From the NCBI GenBank assembly GCA_048882485.1, contig JBHLRP010000002.1:38527-102526 (forward strand): a DNA stretch of 64,000 nt. The letters run 5' to 3'. Below, piece after piece: positions 28,639-37,793 of the stretch. The stretch's first letter is position 1. Each line of letters starts with the position of its first letter. The DNA is from Candidatus Thorarchaeota archaeon (lineage in GTDB: Archaea > Asgardarchaeota > Thorarchaeia > Thorarchaeales > Thorarchaeaceae). The translations under genes were made by a program, and so were the position numbers. Under the pieces are notes generated by a model. The model worked only from the letters and a program-made list of their open reading frames with translations, made no database searches and was not told where the DNA came from.

Positions 28639-29706
28639 ATGGATTTGAGGATTGATCTTGTTCCGGAGGAGAATCGAAACCCTAAGCCAACAGATGTTAT
28701 GAGTGTTGCTTTTGGCACAATATTCACCGACCATATGTTCTCAATGACTCACTCAGAAGGGAAGTGGAAGAACCCTCTAATCGGACCTTTCAAATCCATA
28801 TCATTGAATCCCGCGGCTCTTGTATTACACTATGGCCAAGGAATCTTTGAAGGATTGAAAGCTTATCGACGTGGAAACCGAGTATTTCTTTTTAGACCTG
28901 ATAAGAACATAGAGCGGTTGAACGCTTCGGCAGAGAGAATGGTGATGCCCACTCTGGATAACGAATTTGCTTTGGAGTCCCTGAAGAAACTCATTCATAT
29001 TGAGCGTGACTGGGTTCCACAAGTTCCTGGTAGTTCATTGTATGTACGCCCAACCTTGATTGGCACTGAACCAAAGCTCGGTGTTAGGCCTTCCACGGAG
29101 TACCTGTATTATGTTATTCTAAGTCCTGTTGGACCCTATTTCAAAGAAGGATTCAATCCAGTTGGCATTATGATTGCTGAACGGCATGTAAGAGCCGCAG
29201 ATGGTGGCATAGGTTCAGCCAAGACTATGGGCAACTATGCTGCCGGGCTTTTGGCCGGTACGGAGGCTATTCAGGCTGGCTACTCACAAGTCTTGTGGCT
29301 TGATGCACATGAGAGGAAGTTTCTCGAGGAAGTTGGCACAATGAATATCTTTGTGGTATTTGATGATGAATTGGCGACGCCTCCACTAGCAGGCACGATT
29401 CTTCCTGGCATCACACGAGATTCGGTGTTGCAACTTGCCACTGACTGGGGCTTGAATGTCAAGGAACGAAAGATATCGATTGATGAAGTCATGAGCGGCC
29501 TCAAAGATGGAAAGGTCAAAGAGATTTTTGGATGTGGTACTGCAGCAATAATCGCTCCTGTCGGCACTCTTCACTATAAGGACACTCCTCATTCTGTTGG
29601 TGATGGAGGAATTGGCCCAACAACTCAGAAGCTCTATGATGAGATAGTAGGTATCCAATCAGGAGAGCGAGAAGACCCGCATGGATGGGTTATGGAAGTA
29701 GAATAG
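28639..29706 (+). CDS. ilvE: Branched-chain amino acid aminotransferase
   Basis: FTDHMF, LHYGQGIFEGLKAY, LYVRP, AKTMGNYA, EEVGTMN, ILPGITRDS, GCGTAA. Confidence 0.95.
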   Translation: MDLRIDLVPEENRNPKPTDVMSVAFGTIFTDHMFSMTHSEGKWKNPLIGPFKSISLNPAALVLHYGQGIFEGLKAYRRGNRVFLFRPDKNIERLNASAERMVMPTLDNEFALESLKKLIHIERDWVPQVPGSSLYVRPTLIGTEPKLGVRPSTEYLYYVILSPVGPYFKEGFNPVGIMIAERHVRAADGGIGSAKTMGNYAAGLLAGTEAIQAGYSQVLWLDAHERKFLEEVGTMNIFVVFDDELATPPLAGTILPGITRDSVLQLATDWGLNVKERKISIDEVMSGLKDGKVKEIFGCGTAAIIAPVGTLHYKDTPHSVGDGGIGPTTQKLYDEIVGIQSGEREDPHGWVMEVE

Positions 29707-29750
29707 ATGCAAACTGTCGTTCAGGAAGCTTTTTCCGCAGCTATGCCTTC

Positions 29751-30281
29751 ATGTTGACTCCTGAGGTGGCCTATCTGACATTACAATTGTCTGTTGATTT
29801 CACCAAATGTACCGGTTGTCGAATGTGTGAATTGGCCTGCTCCGCAAAACATGAAGGCAAATTCCAGCCAAGTTTGTCCCGTCTGAAGATAATAAAGTAT
29901 GACGATCTTGGCGTGGACATCCCAAATGTCTGTGGACCTTGCGAAACGGCACCCTGTATTGATATTTGCCCTGTCTATGCTATGCGACGAGACCCAATAT
30001 CAAAGATGACATTCCTTGTTGAGGAAAAATGCATCTTATGCAAGTCCTGTGTTGGTGCTTGTGTCAATGGTGTGATTCTCCTAGACAACGAGCGAATGAG
30101 AATTATCAAGTGTGACCATTGTGATGGAGACCCTGAGTGCGCCAAGGTTTGTCCCACTGGAGCCATAGTCTATGGGCCTGTATCTACAGTACGGACAGTT
30201 GACCGTCACTCCAAGATTCTAAGCTACCTCAAAGAGATACAGCGCACTGCTGATGCAACTAGTTCTAGCGGAGAGAGCTGA
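29751..30281 (+). CDS. 4Fe-4S polyferredoxin subunit (AOR-associated); start uncertain (29751-29787)
   Basis: Four Cys clusters: CTGCRMCELAC, CGPCETAPCIDICP, CILCKSCVGAC, KCDHC...CAKVCP. Confidence 0.9.
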   Translation: MLTPEVAYLTLQLSVDFTKCTGCRMCELACSAKHEGKFQPSLSRLKIIKYDDLGVDIPNVCGPCETAPCIDICPVYAMRRDPISKMTFLVEEKCILCKSCVGACVNGVILLDNERMRIIKCDHCDGDPECAKVCPTGAIVYGPVSTVRTVDRHSKILSYLKEIQRTADATSSSGES

Positions 30282-30282
30282 C

Positions 30283-32175
30283 TTGAAGTATGGCGGCTAT
30301 AGTGGCAGGATTCTCCGTGTGCTTCTAAATGAGGGTGAGTTCAAGTCGGATCCCCTTCCAACCGAATGGATTCGTGACTACATTGGAGGTGATGGCTTTG
30401 CAGCCAAACTCCTCTATCAAGAAGTGCCAGGGCGGATAGATGCACTTAGTCCCAAGAACAAATTGCTTATTGCAACAGGCCCCATCACTGGTACGCTATG
30501 GCCCATGAGCGGTAGAACTGTGTTTGTATCAAAGGCTGCTCTGACAGGAATATGGGGCGAGTCTCATGTGGGTGGTTTTCTTGGACCAGAGCTGAAGTAT
30601 GCTGGATATGATATGCTAGTTGTTGAAGGTGCAGCTGAGAAGCCTGTCTACATTCTCATAGAGGACGATGACCTCCAAATTATTGATGCAAGCGATTTCT
30701 GGGGAATGACGACAAATGATGTCACAGCTGCAATAAAGGCCAGACACAAAGACCCTGATATACAGGTTGCTGCGATTGGTCCTGCAGGGGAGAATAAAGT
30801 CCGCTTCTCTGCAGTGATAATTAATAATGCTAGAGCCGCAGGACGGACCGGGATGGGTGCAGTCCTTGGTTCAAAGAACGTGAAAGCTATTGCGATTCGT
30901 GGTCACGGGGCCGTCGAAGTGTATGACCATGAAGGCTTTGCTGCTCTAGCGAAGAAAGCTCATCGAAGAGTTAGAGATAATCCCCAAGCTCAGGAGATGG
31001 GTCGTTGGGGAACATGGATTCTAACTGCAGTGAAACAAGAGATTGGAGAGCTGCCCACATATAACCATAGAACAGGTGTATTCTCGGGCTGGGAAAAGCT
31101 GGCAGCCGATTATATTCGTCCTCGATATACTATTTCTGACCGAGCATGCTTTGGCTGTAGCCTTGGCTGCAAGAAAGTCAACTATGTACGTGAGGGCCTC
31201 TTTGCTGGGACACTTGAAGAAGGTCCTGAGTACGAGGGTCTCATGGCTTTTGGCAGCTCCCTAGGTATAGACGATTATCCAACTACGCTTAAGGCCAATC
31301 AGATATGCAATAGATATGGAATGGACATTATTTCAGCTGGCGCGACAATTGGTTTTGCCATGGAGGCATTTGAGAACGGGATAATAGATGAAAAGGACAC
31401 TGGCGGCCTTCGCCTAGAATGGGGAGATCGTGCGATGACCATTCGTCTTTTGGAGATGATGGGGAGGCGCGAAGGATTTGGTGATATTCTCGCAGAAGGG
31501 AGCGCCAAAGCCGCACAGAAGATAGGCAAAGGCGCAGAACAATACGCGCTTCATGTAAAAGGAATGGAGATATCAGGCCAAGATGGAAGAACTCATCGGA
31601 GTATTGGTCTAGGGCATGCAACTGGTGCTCGAGGAGCCGACCATCTTAGAAGCCTTGTTGTCGTTGACCAACTGGGCTATGAGGATATAGCTGCTGAGCG
31701 CTGGGGTGCCGACAAGCTCCCAGAGATCGTGGACCCGTACACAGAGAAATACAAGGCAATTGCAGTATTCGAGTCTGAAAACAGCTATTGCATCCGCGAT
31801 ACGTTGATTGTCTGCTGGTACTCGGTTTCGTGGCCGCCAATATTCTGGATGCAGGATTTCGCAGATATGTTGCCTTTGGCAACAGGCGTCAAGGAGTTTG
31901 GCAACGTAGACACGCTCATTCAGATAGCGGAGAGACAGGTCAATTTGAAGCGACTATTCAATGCAAGAGAAGGCATTTCGCGCAAGGATGATAACCTTCC
32001 CGCTCGCTTCACTGATGAACCGATGCCTGAAGGCCCGGGCAAAGGTCAAGTGGTGGATCTTGAACCGATGCTTAATGACTACTACAGGCTTAGGGGGTGG
32101 GACCTAAAAACAGGTCTTCCCACAAAGGAAACAATCAAACGACTATCATTGGGATGGACAGCCAAGTACCCCTAG
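30283..32175 (+). CDS. aor: Tungsten aldehyde:ferredoxin oxidoreductase family protein
   Basis: GGDG, ELKYAGYD, IGPAGEN, GRTGMGAVLGSKNVKA, CFGCSLGC, GPEYE, GMDIIS, RGADH, YYRLRGWD. Confidence 0.93.
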   Translation: MKYGGYSGRILRVLLNEGEFKSDPLPTEWIRDYIGGDGFAAKLLYQEVPGRIDALSPKNKLLIATGPITGTLWPMSGRTVFVSKAALTGIWGESHVGGFLGPELKYAGYDMLVVEGAAEKPVYILIEDDDLQIIDASDFWGMTTNDVTAAIKARHKDPDIQVAAIGPAGENKVRFSAVIINNARAAGRTGMGAVLGSKNVKAIAIRGHGAVEVYDHEGFAALAKKAHRRVRDNPQAQEMGRWGTWILTAVKQEIGELPTYNHRTGVFSGWEKLAADYIRPRYTISDRACFGCSLGCKKVNYVREGLFAGTLEEGPEYEGLMAFGSSLGIDDYPTTLKANQICNRYGMDIISAGATIGFAMEAFENGIIDEKDTGGLRLEWGDRAMTIRLLEMMGRREGFGDILAEGSAKAAQKIGKGAEQYALHVKGMEISGQDGRTHRSIGLGHATGARGADHLRSLVVVDQLGYEDIAAERWGADKLPEIVDPYTEKYKAIAVFESENSYCIRDTLIVCWYSVSWPPIFWMQDFADMLPLATGVKEFGNVDTLIQIAERQVNLKRLFNAREGISRKDDNLPARFTDEPMPEGPGKGQVVDLEPMLNDYYRLRGWDLKTGLPTKETIKRLSLGWTAKYP

Positions 32176-32178
32176 CCT

Positions 32179-33147
32179 TTACATTCGAACATAATCCACT
32201 CTGTGACTATTGCCGCAGCTTGGACATGCATATTGATCAGGACCGACCCAGTCTATAGATTCCCATGACATAGGAGCGTTGCAGTGGTCACAGCGATTCT
32301 TAATTACAGGCTTGACAAATACAGTTCCTGCACCAGCCTGTGCAGAGCTGACTTCCATTTCTACTTTTGTTTCCTGCGCTACTGGAGTTGCTACAGAAGC
32401 TGAATCACTATAGGTGTATTGGGAAAGCGGATGTCTGGGATTGATATAATTGAATGGTCTGATTAGCCAGTCAAGATAGTCCTTGCCAAGGTCGTCCCAT
32501 TCTCTTTGCTGCCACATCTGCAAGAGGTGGTCCTGCCGTGGAACCCTTCCTCTAACGTCAAACTCTCCAGAGGTTGCTTTAATCTTCAATCTATTCTTCC
32601 GAGCCTCAAAGGTTTCAACCATATGGAGTGGAAACATGTACATCTTCTTCTTCCTATCATCAAAGATGTAGAGGCGATAGTTAGTCAGAATAAACGCGTC
32701 AGGCCAGTAGGTGAATACAGCCTCTCCTCTTAGCCACGCAAATGTCGAATAGAAATGCCTTGAGAACCTTCGGTGGTAACCGATGGTAGTCCATCGATTA
32801 TATGGATGATCAGGGTGAACGAATGGAACACCGCAGACCTCACAGAGCTTTCTCTGGTCGCCTGCATTGAGACTTTCAAATTCACGAAGCCCCAAGGCGC
32901 CTCGTAGTTCCTCGCTTCGCGGCAAGGCTCCCATTACGTTGATTATTCCATTCACAACCTTGAACATAGCGGACCTCGGTGTGAGTTTGTACTCCTTTAT
33001 GATGTGAAGTGGAACACTGACAGTGGTGTTGGAGCCTCTATCGAACTGAGCCAGTCTGTAGTTGCTGATAACTGACTCAGCAGCTTGTGCTACAACACGT
33101 TCTCCTTCAATTGGTATATAGACCGGAGCGGACATCGGAACAATCAC
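32179..33147 (-). CDS. Hypothetical protein with two PH/GRAM-like repeats and Zn ribbons
   Basis: GERVV...ISNYRL...PLHII and GEAVF...LTNYRL...PLHMV; CEVCG; CDHC...CPSC. Confidence 0.65.
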   Translation of the reverse strand: MIVPMSAPVYIPIEGERVVAQAAESVISNYRLAQFDRGSNTTVSVPLHIIKEYKLTPRSAMFKVVNGIINVMGALPRSEELRGALGLREFESLNAGDQRKLCEVCGVPFVHPDHPYNRWTTIGYHRRFSRHFYSTFAWLRGEAVFTYWPDAFILTNYRLYIFDDRKKKMYMFPLHMVETFEARKNRLKIKATSGEFDVRGRVPRQDHLLQMWQQREWDDLGKDYLDWLIRPFNYINPRHPLSQYTYSDSASVATPVAQETKVEMEVSSAQAGAGTVFVKPVIKNRCDHCNAPMSWESIDWVGPDQYACPSCGNSHRVDYVRM

Positions 33148-33237
33148 CTATCAGACGAACTGTCTTGTCTGAACCTCTTCTTAAATGCGATGTTAAAAAG
33201 GTTCACCGTATAAGGATTCATGCACCGCCAGAACTGG

Positions 33238-33450
33238 CTAAGTTTTGGGTATCACTATATAGAGCACATCTTCGTAGGCAAGTATTCCAAACCCACTTGG
33301 ATTCTCAAGTTTGACATAGTCATCATGTACTTCAAAGACTCGAACATTCAAGATCTTCGCCAGCGTGTCTTTCTGTGTATATCGCAGATACACCGTGAAG
33401 GTCTGCTGAGTTTCATTGAGATCCGTGAATATCTCCTTCCAGTTTGGCAT
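33238..33450 (-). CDS. 70-aa small beta-barrel protein (Sm/LSm-like fold?)
   Basis: ggagaa SD; helix followed by five strands, V..V.DDYV.L.....IL....VLYI. Confidence 0.6.
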   Translation of the reverse strand: MPNWKEIFTDLNETQQTFTVYLRYTQKDTLAKILNVRVFEVHDDYVKLENPSGFGILAYEDVLYIVIPKT

Positions 33451-33516
33451 GGCAATTTCTCCAGTGGATGCAGTTCATCATGTCGGCCATTTAACACTTG
33501 CCACCTGTGCTATATT

Positions 33517-33969
33517 TCATTGCAAGGCTTCTAATGAGCGAGGCTCAAGACCAATCCCTCGAAACAGTTTCTGTATGGTTTGTTCCGTCCCACTCCCACT
33601 ATGCCTGAACAGATGAGTACCACATTTCGCCCTGCAGTCAGATGAGCCAAATCCTTTCGGTCCTGCAATGAACTTCTCATGCAGTTTTAGGATGCTGGCA
33701 ATCTCGCATTCCCTTTTCCTCTCAGATTCTGACCAAATCACCTGCTTGGGTGGGCCTGTGACCTTCAGTAGCAGGTCAATGTGCCAGTGAGGCTTTTTCT
33801 CACTGGAGATGTGCCTTCGAATACGATGTTCGAGGCTGGTTGACGCATTCCCAAATGCTGAGCCAATATAGACCCAATTGCCAGATTCAAACTTTTGTGG
33901 TCCAATCGCACCGATTGGCACCTTAATATCATCTGAAATGGAGATGATGAGTGCATAGACTCCTTTCAT
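33517..33969 (-). CDS. GIY-YIG nuclease family protein (DUF123)
   Basis: GVYALI, YIGSA, RIRRH, HWHID.L, ECEIA, GFGSSDC..C.THLF. Confidence 0.9.
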   Translation of the reverse strand: MKGVYALIISISDDIKVPIGAIGPQKFESGNWVYIGSAFGNASTSLEHRIRRHISSEKKPHWHIDLLLKVTGPPKQVIWSESERKRECEIASILKLHEKFIAGPKGFGSSDCRAKCGTHLFRHSGSGTEQTIQKLFRGIGLEPRSLEALQ

Positions 33970-34084
33970 TCAGCACCGTCCTCGACTGGTCTGTTTCGTT
34001 GTGAGAGCTTTAGCTCGGCAGCTGATAAGCATCACTGACCTACGATATCATCATAAGGATTGGTCATTTATCAAGAGCATAACA

Positions 34085-35029
34085 ATGGCAGCCTCAGAGA
34101 TTATCCCGGGAGTCTATATGATTAGAGGAAAATTCGCGGATGAGTTTGGCTTCATTTCATCCTACATAGTGGTGAGTGGGGAAAGCGTGCTGGTTATCGA
34201 TCCTGGCACTGCTGGAGACCCTGGTGATAACACTATTGACCTGATACGTAATCTTGGCCTTGGTTCCGGTGATGTTGTGGGAATTCTCTGTACACATGGG
34301 CATCCGGACCATGTAGGAGGCGTACACAGATTGAAAAAGAAAACTGGCGCTCCTGTACTAATTGGAGAGGAGGATGCTCGTATCCTTGAAGACCCTCAGC
34401 TTTTCCTAAAGGATCGAATGTTTCTTGATGTTGCAGAGCGCATGACAATGAAGGTTGACAGAGGGCCTCTTAGAGTGAACTACAAAGGAGTGGAACCATT
34501 CAGGAAGCTCCGAAACGGAGACACGGTGAATGTTGGAGATATTACATTACATGTCATTCATACGGGGGGTCATAGTGCAGGTCATTGCGTATTTCATGAT
34601 AGAGCAAACAAGATTCTTTTCACGGGGGATGAGGCTAGCAACTTCCCAAATGATCCCAGGAAGTTCTACATCGACCTGAGCGGGAGTATGGCTGCACGAA
34701 GTAGCGCCATTTCTTACATGAAGTCTCTTGGAGCTGATTATCTTTTGCCTGGGCATGATATCCCGCACCTCTTTGAGGATGTCCGATTATTACTTGAGCA
34801 AGTTGGAGATGGCATCATCCATTTCCAAGACAGCATATTGCATCATCTCGAAGCCCGAGATGAAGCAGATGTGGAACAACTTGTCTTCGACATAAGAGAG
34901 TCGCGTAGCATACCCATTCCACAGACTTACGAATTTCTGCTAGTTACAACGATAACGGTCGTGTTGCAGGGACTTCAAGGGGCCGGGTTGGTAAGAGTCG
35001 ATGAAAGAGGAGTTTGGACTCGGATTTAG
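34085..35029 (+). CDS. MBL-fold metallo-hydrolase with C-terminal winged helix
   Basis: IDPG, THGHPDHVGG, GHSAGH, FTGD, PGH. Confidence 0.9.
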   Translation: MAASEIIPGVYMIRGKFADEFGFISSYIVVSGESVLVIDPGTAGDPGDNTIDLIRNLGLGSGDVVGILCTHGHPDHVGGVHRLKKKTGAPVLIGEEDARILEDPQLFLKDRMFLDVAERMTMKVDRGPLRVNYKGVEPFRKLRNGDTVNVGDITLHVIHTGGHSAGHCVFHDRANKILFTGDEASNFPNDPRKFYIDLSGSMAARSSAISYMKSLGADYLLPGHDIPHLFEDVRLLLEQVGDGIIHFQDSILHHLEARDEADVEQLVFDIRESRSIPIPQTYEFLLVTTITVVLQGLQGAGLVRVDERGVWTRI

Positions 35030-35123
35030 ATTTGAGGCCATTCGAGCTACATTCAATAATTAGCCTTACACTATCCTCTCATTCTATCCTAGATATTTCG
35101 ATTGACTACTAGGCGGTTTTAAG

Positions 35124-37793
35124 ATGAGTCGGACGGAAAAGAAAGTCGAAACTCCAAGCACAGTGGAGGCCATTAGAATGGCATCTGCTTCAGTTCTCGG
35201 CACTACCACGAATCTAGGCTATCCTCTAGGAAGTGCCGTGGGTTCAGGGAGCATGATGGAGGAGAACTCGGATGTGGTAGCGATGAACATCGCCCCTCTT
35301 GTTTTCGCGATACGCGATGCTCTTCTGGACGCCGAGGGTCTCGAACTTCTATCACTTGAATGGGACTTGGAACGAAAACCAGGTCCTGGAGTTCTTCCTG
35401 AACAACTTGTTGTTGCCGGAGGTACTTCCGAAGGTATTGGATCTCATGTTGTCATTCTAAGTTGGGAAAAGGGCGCAGTAGATCCATTCAAGATTGACAA
35501 ACACATGCAGACGCTCTCCAAGAAGATGTCCGATATAGAGAGTGCAATTATCAGCAATGGAATGAGCTACGAAACTCATGGCCTGCCCGTGCTCAGAAGG
35601 TTCAATGACCGCCTCAATCGTGTCATTTTCGTCGAGATGCTGGACAGACGTTTTCAAGCATCTTGGGACTCTCTTCAGCTCAAATCTGAGCATGTGGACA
35701 AAGAGATTGAAGTGACCATGAACTTCCGAGAAGACTTCACGCTTCTTCCGCCTGGGGTAAAAGTTATGGACCGTACACTTCTCGAATTCTTCCTGCCCCG
35801 GGAGAGTGAAGACAAGGTTCTCAGGCATTTCAAGCATAGAATACTCACACCCCGCGGTCTCGAAGCAATCGCTATCAAGGTTCCAGAAGCCGGACGGGCA
35901 ATTCTTAGTGAGCTAAACATGTACGCCTATAGTATAGAAGAAGTCGATATTGCAAATGCTACGACTATGAAGTTCACCGAATTTCTTGGCAGAAGTGAGG
36001 TGGCACTCCGTAATCTGCACTCATTCAAGAGAGAATTGGACGAGTTTGTATCATTGGTCACTGATTCTGTTGAGTCTTTTGAGAAGATAACGGAGCAGCA
36101 TGTTACTTCAGGCAAGACTCTCTCTTTGCTTGATCACAAGACGGAGATATTAAATCAAATTGACATGCATGCTGACTTATTCGTTGGATTCAGAAAGAAC
36201 ATCGCACAGGCACTCACAGAAGAGCTGGTGAAATCTGCACAGCGCGGATTCCATGATATTCCAGAAGTACGAGCATGGCGGCTTGGCAGCACTGCATCAT
36301 ACTTTAACCTCTATGCGAAACGCACGACTCGCTATTTCTCAGATGCAATGAATCAGTTTCTAGTCGTTAATGCTGCCCGACAGGCTTTCGTGACTGCCTT
36401 GAACAGATTCCAAGATGAGATGAAAACGTTCACTGATGAAGCCATAGAAGAGGCGCTCTTCGACAAGTTCTACGTCGAATTGCATTCTCAAATGAATGCC
36501 ATTTTCGATAAGGTGTCTTACGAAGGCTCTGTTTACCGGCACCTGGATGAAATTCTGGCCATCATAAACAAGGATATGCTGGAGGCCTTCGACCGCATTG
36601 AAATATGGGATCTTGTCGGATTTAGTGATGTAGCTGAAATAACGAAATCGGAGATTACCTCCAAGTATGCCAGCGAGTCAGAGACCCAAGAAGTTTCTCA
36701 GGATGGACGGGCTATCCTGGCAATATTGGAAACCTTCGAGGACCTCGTTCTGAATATCATTCCCAATGTTGCGGATACCCTGCTATCAAAGACCCTGATA
36801 AGAAAGGTCATTGACAAAGTTCTTGGTGAAGGCGCAGATCTAACTAAGGAAATTGGCGAGTTCATAGAAAACATGACCCAAAAGCCCGATGAATGGAGAG
36901 ATGAGGCTCGGCTATGGGTCAGAGGGTATCTGGAAACGGTCGAGCCTCAGATGAAAACGCCTGAGAAATTCTTGGCACTTCTTAGATATGTGCATAACAA
37001 AGTTGGCTTGGGTTCAACTGCGCAAGCCATTGTAGACAAGGTCACTTTCGAAGCCAATCAGCAGGAAAAAGCATACCAGCTGATTGTAGAAGATTGGGAA
37101 CAGACTTGCGAACGCATTGAGTCAGAAAATCAACCCATTCGTGAGAATAACAGAAAACGTGCGGAGGCTCTTGCTCTAGCTGAGTCTCAGTATAATGAGG
37201 AGAAAGTACAATATGACATCGATATGGAGAAGTATCGCAGAGCTTTGGAGGCTGCAAAGGCATTGGCTGAAGAAGTGCCTTCTCTAGCACCTGGTGAAAT
37301 TTCTCCCGCAGTTATTGAGCCTCCTCCGTTGCCTACCGAGCCGAAGCGTCCACAATCGCTTGACATGAGAATCGTTGAAGTGAATAATCAGTTTCCTGAG
37401 ATGGAGGAGATTCCTGTTCCGGAGAAACCTGTTCCCCCTCCAGAGATGCACCACTACATTGGCCTTCGAAACCTGCTTACCAAGCAGTTAGACAGCATGG
37501 ATGTAGCTCAAGAGAAAATGAAGCAAGTCTTCGCAGAGAGTCTGAAGCAAATGCTCTCGGAGGCTTCATCAGTGTCAGCTGAATTGACGATTGAGATTGG
37601 GGAAGACTTTCTGGAATATCTGCGTAACATGGAGATTCGGAGTCTAGGCAAATTGCTTCCACGTGCGACCAGGGCATATCTAAGAGATCCCAAGAATCCG
37701 GAAATTATCTATCTTGTGACATACGAACAAAGGGGCAATGAACTCACTGTAACCGTAGGTGATACTCACCTTCGCAACATAGGAGGTGTCTGA
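35124..37793 (+). CDS. Large hypothetical protein (possible N-terminal Roadblock/longin-like domain, helical body, coiled coil, Pro-rich segment)
   Basis: 889-aa open frame with host-like codon use; no family recognised. Confidence 0.85.
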   Translation: MSRTEKKVETPSTVEAIRMASASVLGTTTNLGYPLGSAVGSGSMMEENSDVVAMNIAPLVFAIRDALLDAEGLELLSLEWDLERKPGPGVLPEQLVVAGGTSEGIGSHVVILSWEKGAVDPFKIDKHMQTLSKKMSDIESAIISNGMSYETHGLPVLRRFNDRLNRVIFVEMLDRRFQASWDSLQLKSEHVDKEIEVTMNFREDFTLLPPGVKVMDRTLLEFFLPRESEDKVLRHFKHRILTPRGLEAIAIKVPEAGRAILSELNMYAYSIEEVDIANATTMKFTEFLGRSEVALRNLHSFKRELDEFVSLVTDSVESFEKITEQHVTSGKTLSLLDHKTEILNQIDMHADLFVGFRKNIAQALTEELVKSAQRGFHDIPEVRAWRLGSTASYFNLYAKRTTRYFSDAMNQFLVVNAARQAFVTALNRFQDEMKTFTDEAIEEALFDKFYVELHSQMNAIFDKVSYEGSVYRHLDEILAIINKDMLEAFDRIEIWDLVGFSDVAEITKSEITSKYASESETQEVSQDGRAILAILETFEDLVLNIIPNVADTLLSKTLIRKVIDKVLGEGADLTKEIGEFIENMTQKPDEWRDEARLWVRGYLETVEPQMKTPEKFLALLRYVHNKVGLGSTAQAIVDKVTFEANQQEKAYQLIVEDWEQTCERIESENQPIRENNRKRAEALALAESQYNEEKVQYDIDMEKYRRALEAAKALAEEVPSLAPGEISPAVIEPPPLPTEPKRPQSLDMRIVEVNNQFPEMEEIPVPEKPVPPPEMHHYIGLRNLLTKQLDSMDVAQEKMKQVFAESLKQMLSEASSVSAELTIEIGEDFLEYLRNMEIRSLGKLLPRATRAYLRDPKNPEIIYLVTYEQRGNELTVTVGDTHLRNIGGV

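Noticed and set aside
33517-33969. GIY-YIG protein as a homing endonuclease or mobile element
   Set aside because: Matches the stand-alone DUF123 type; no intron, intein or element ends
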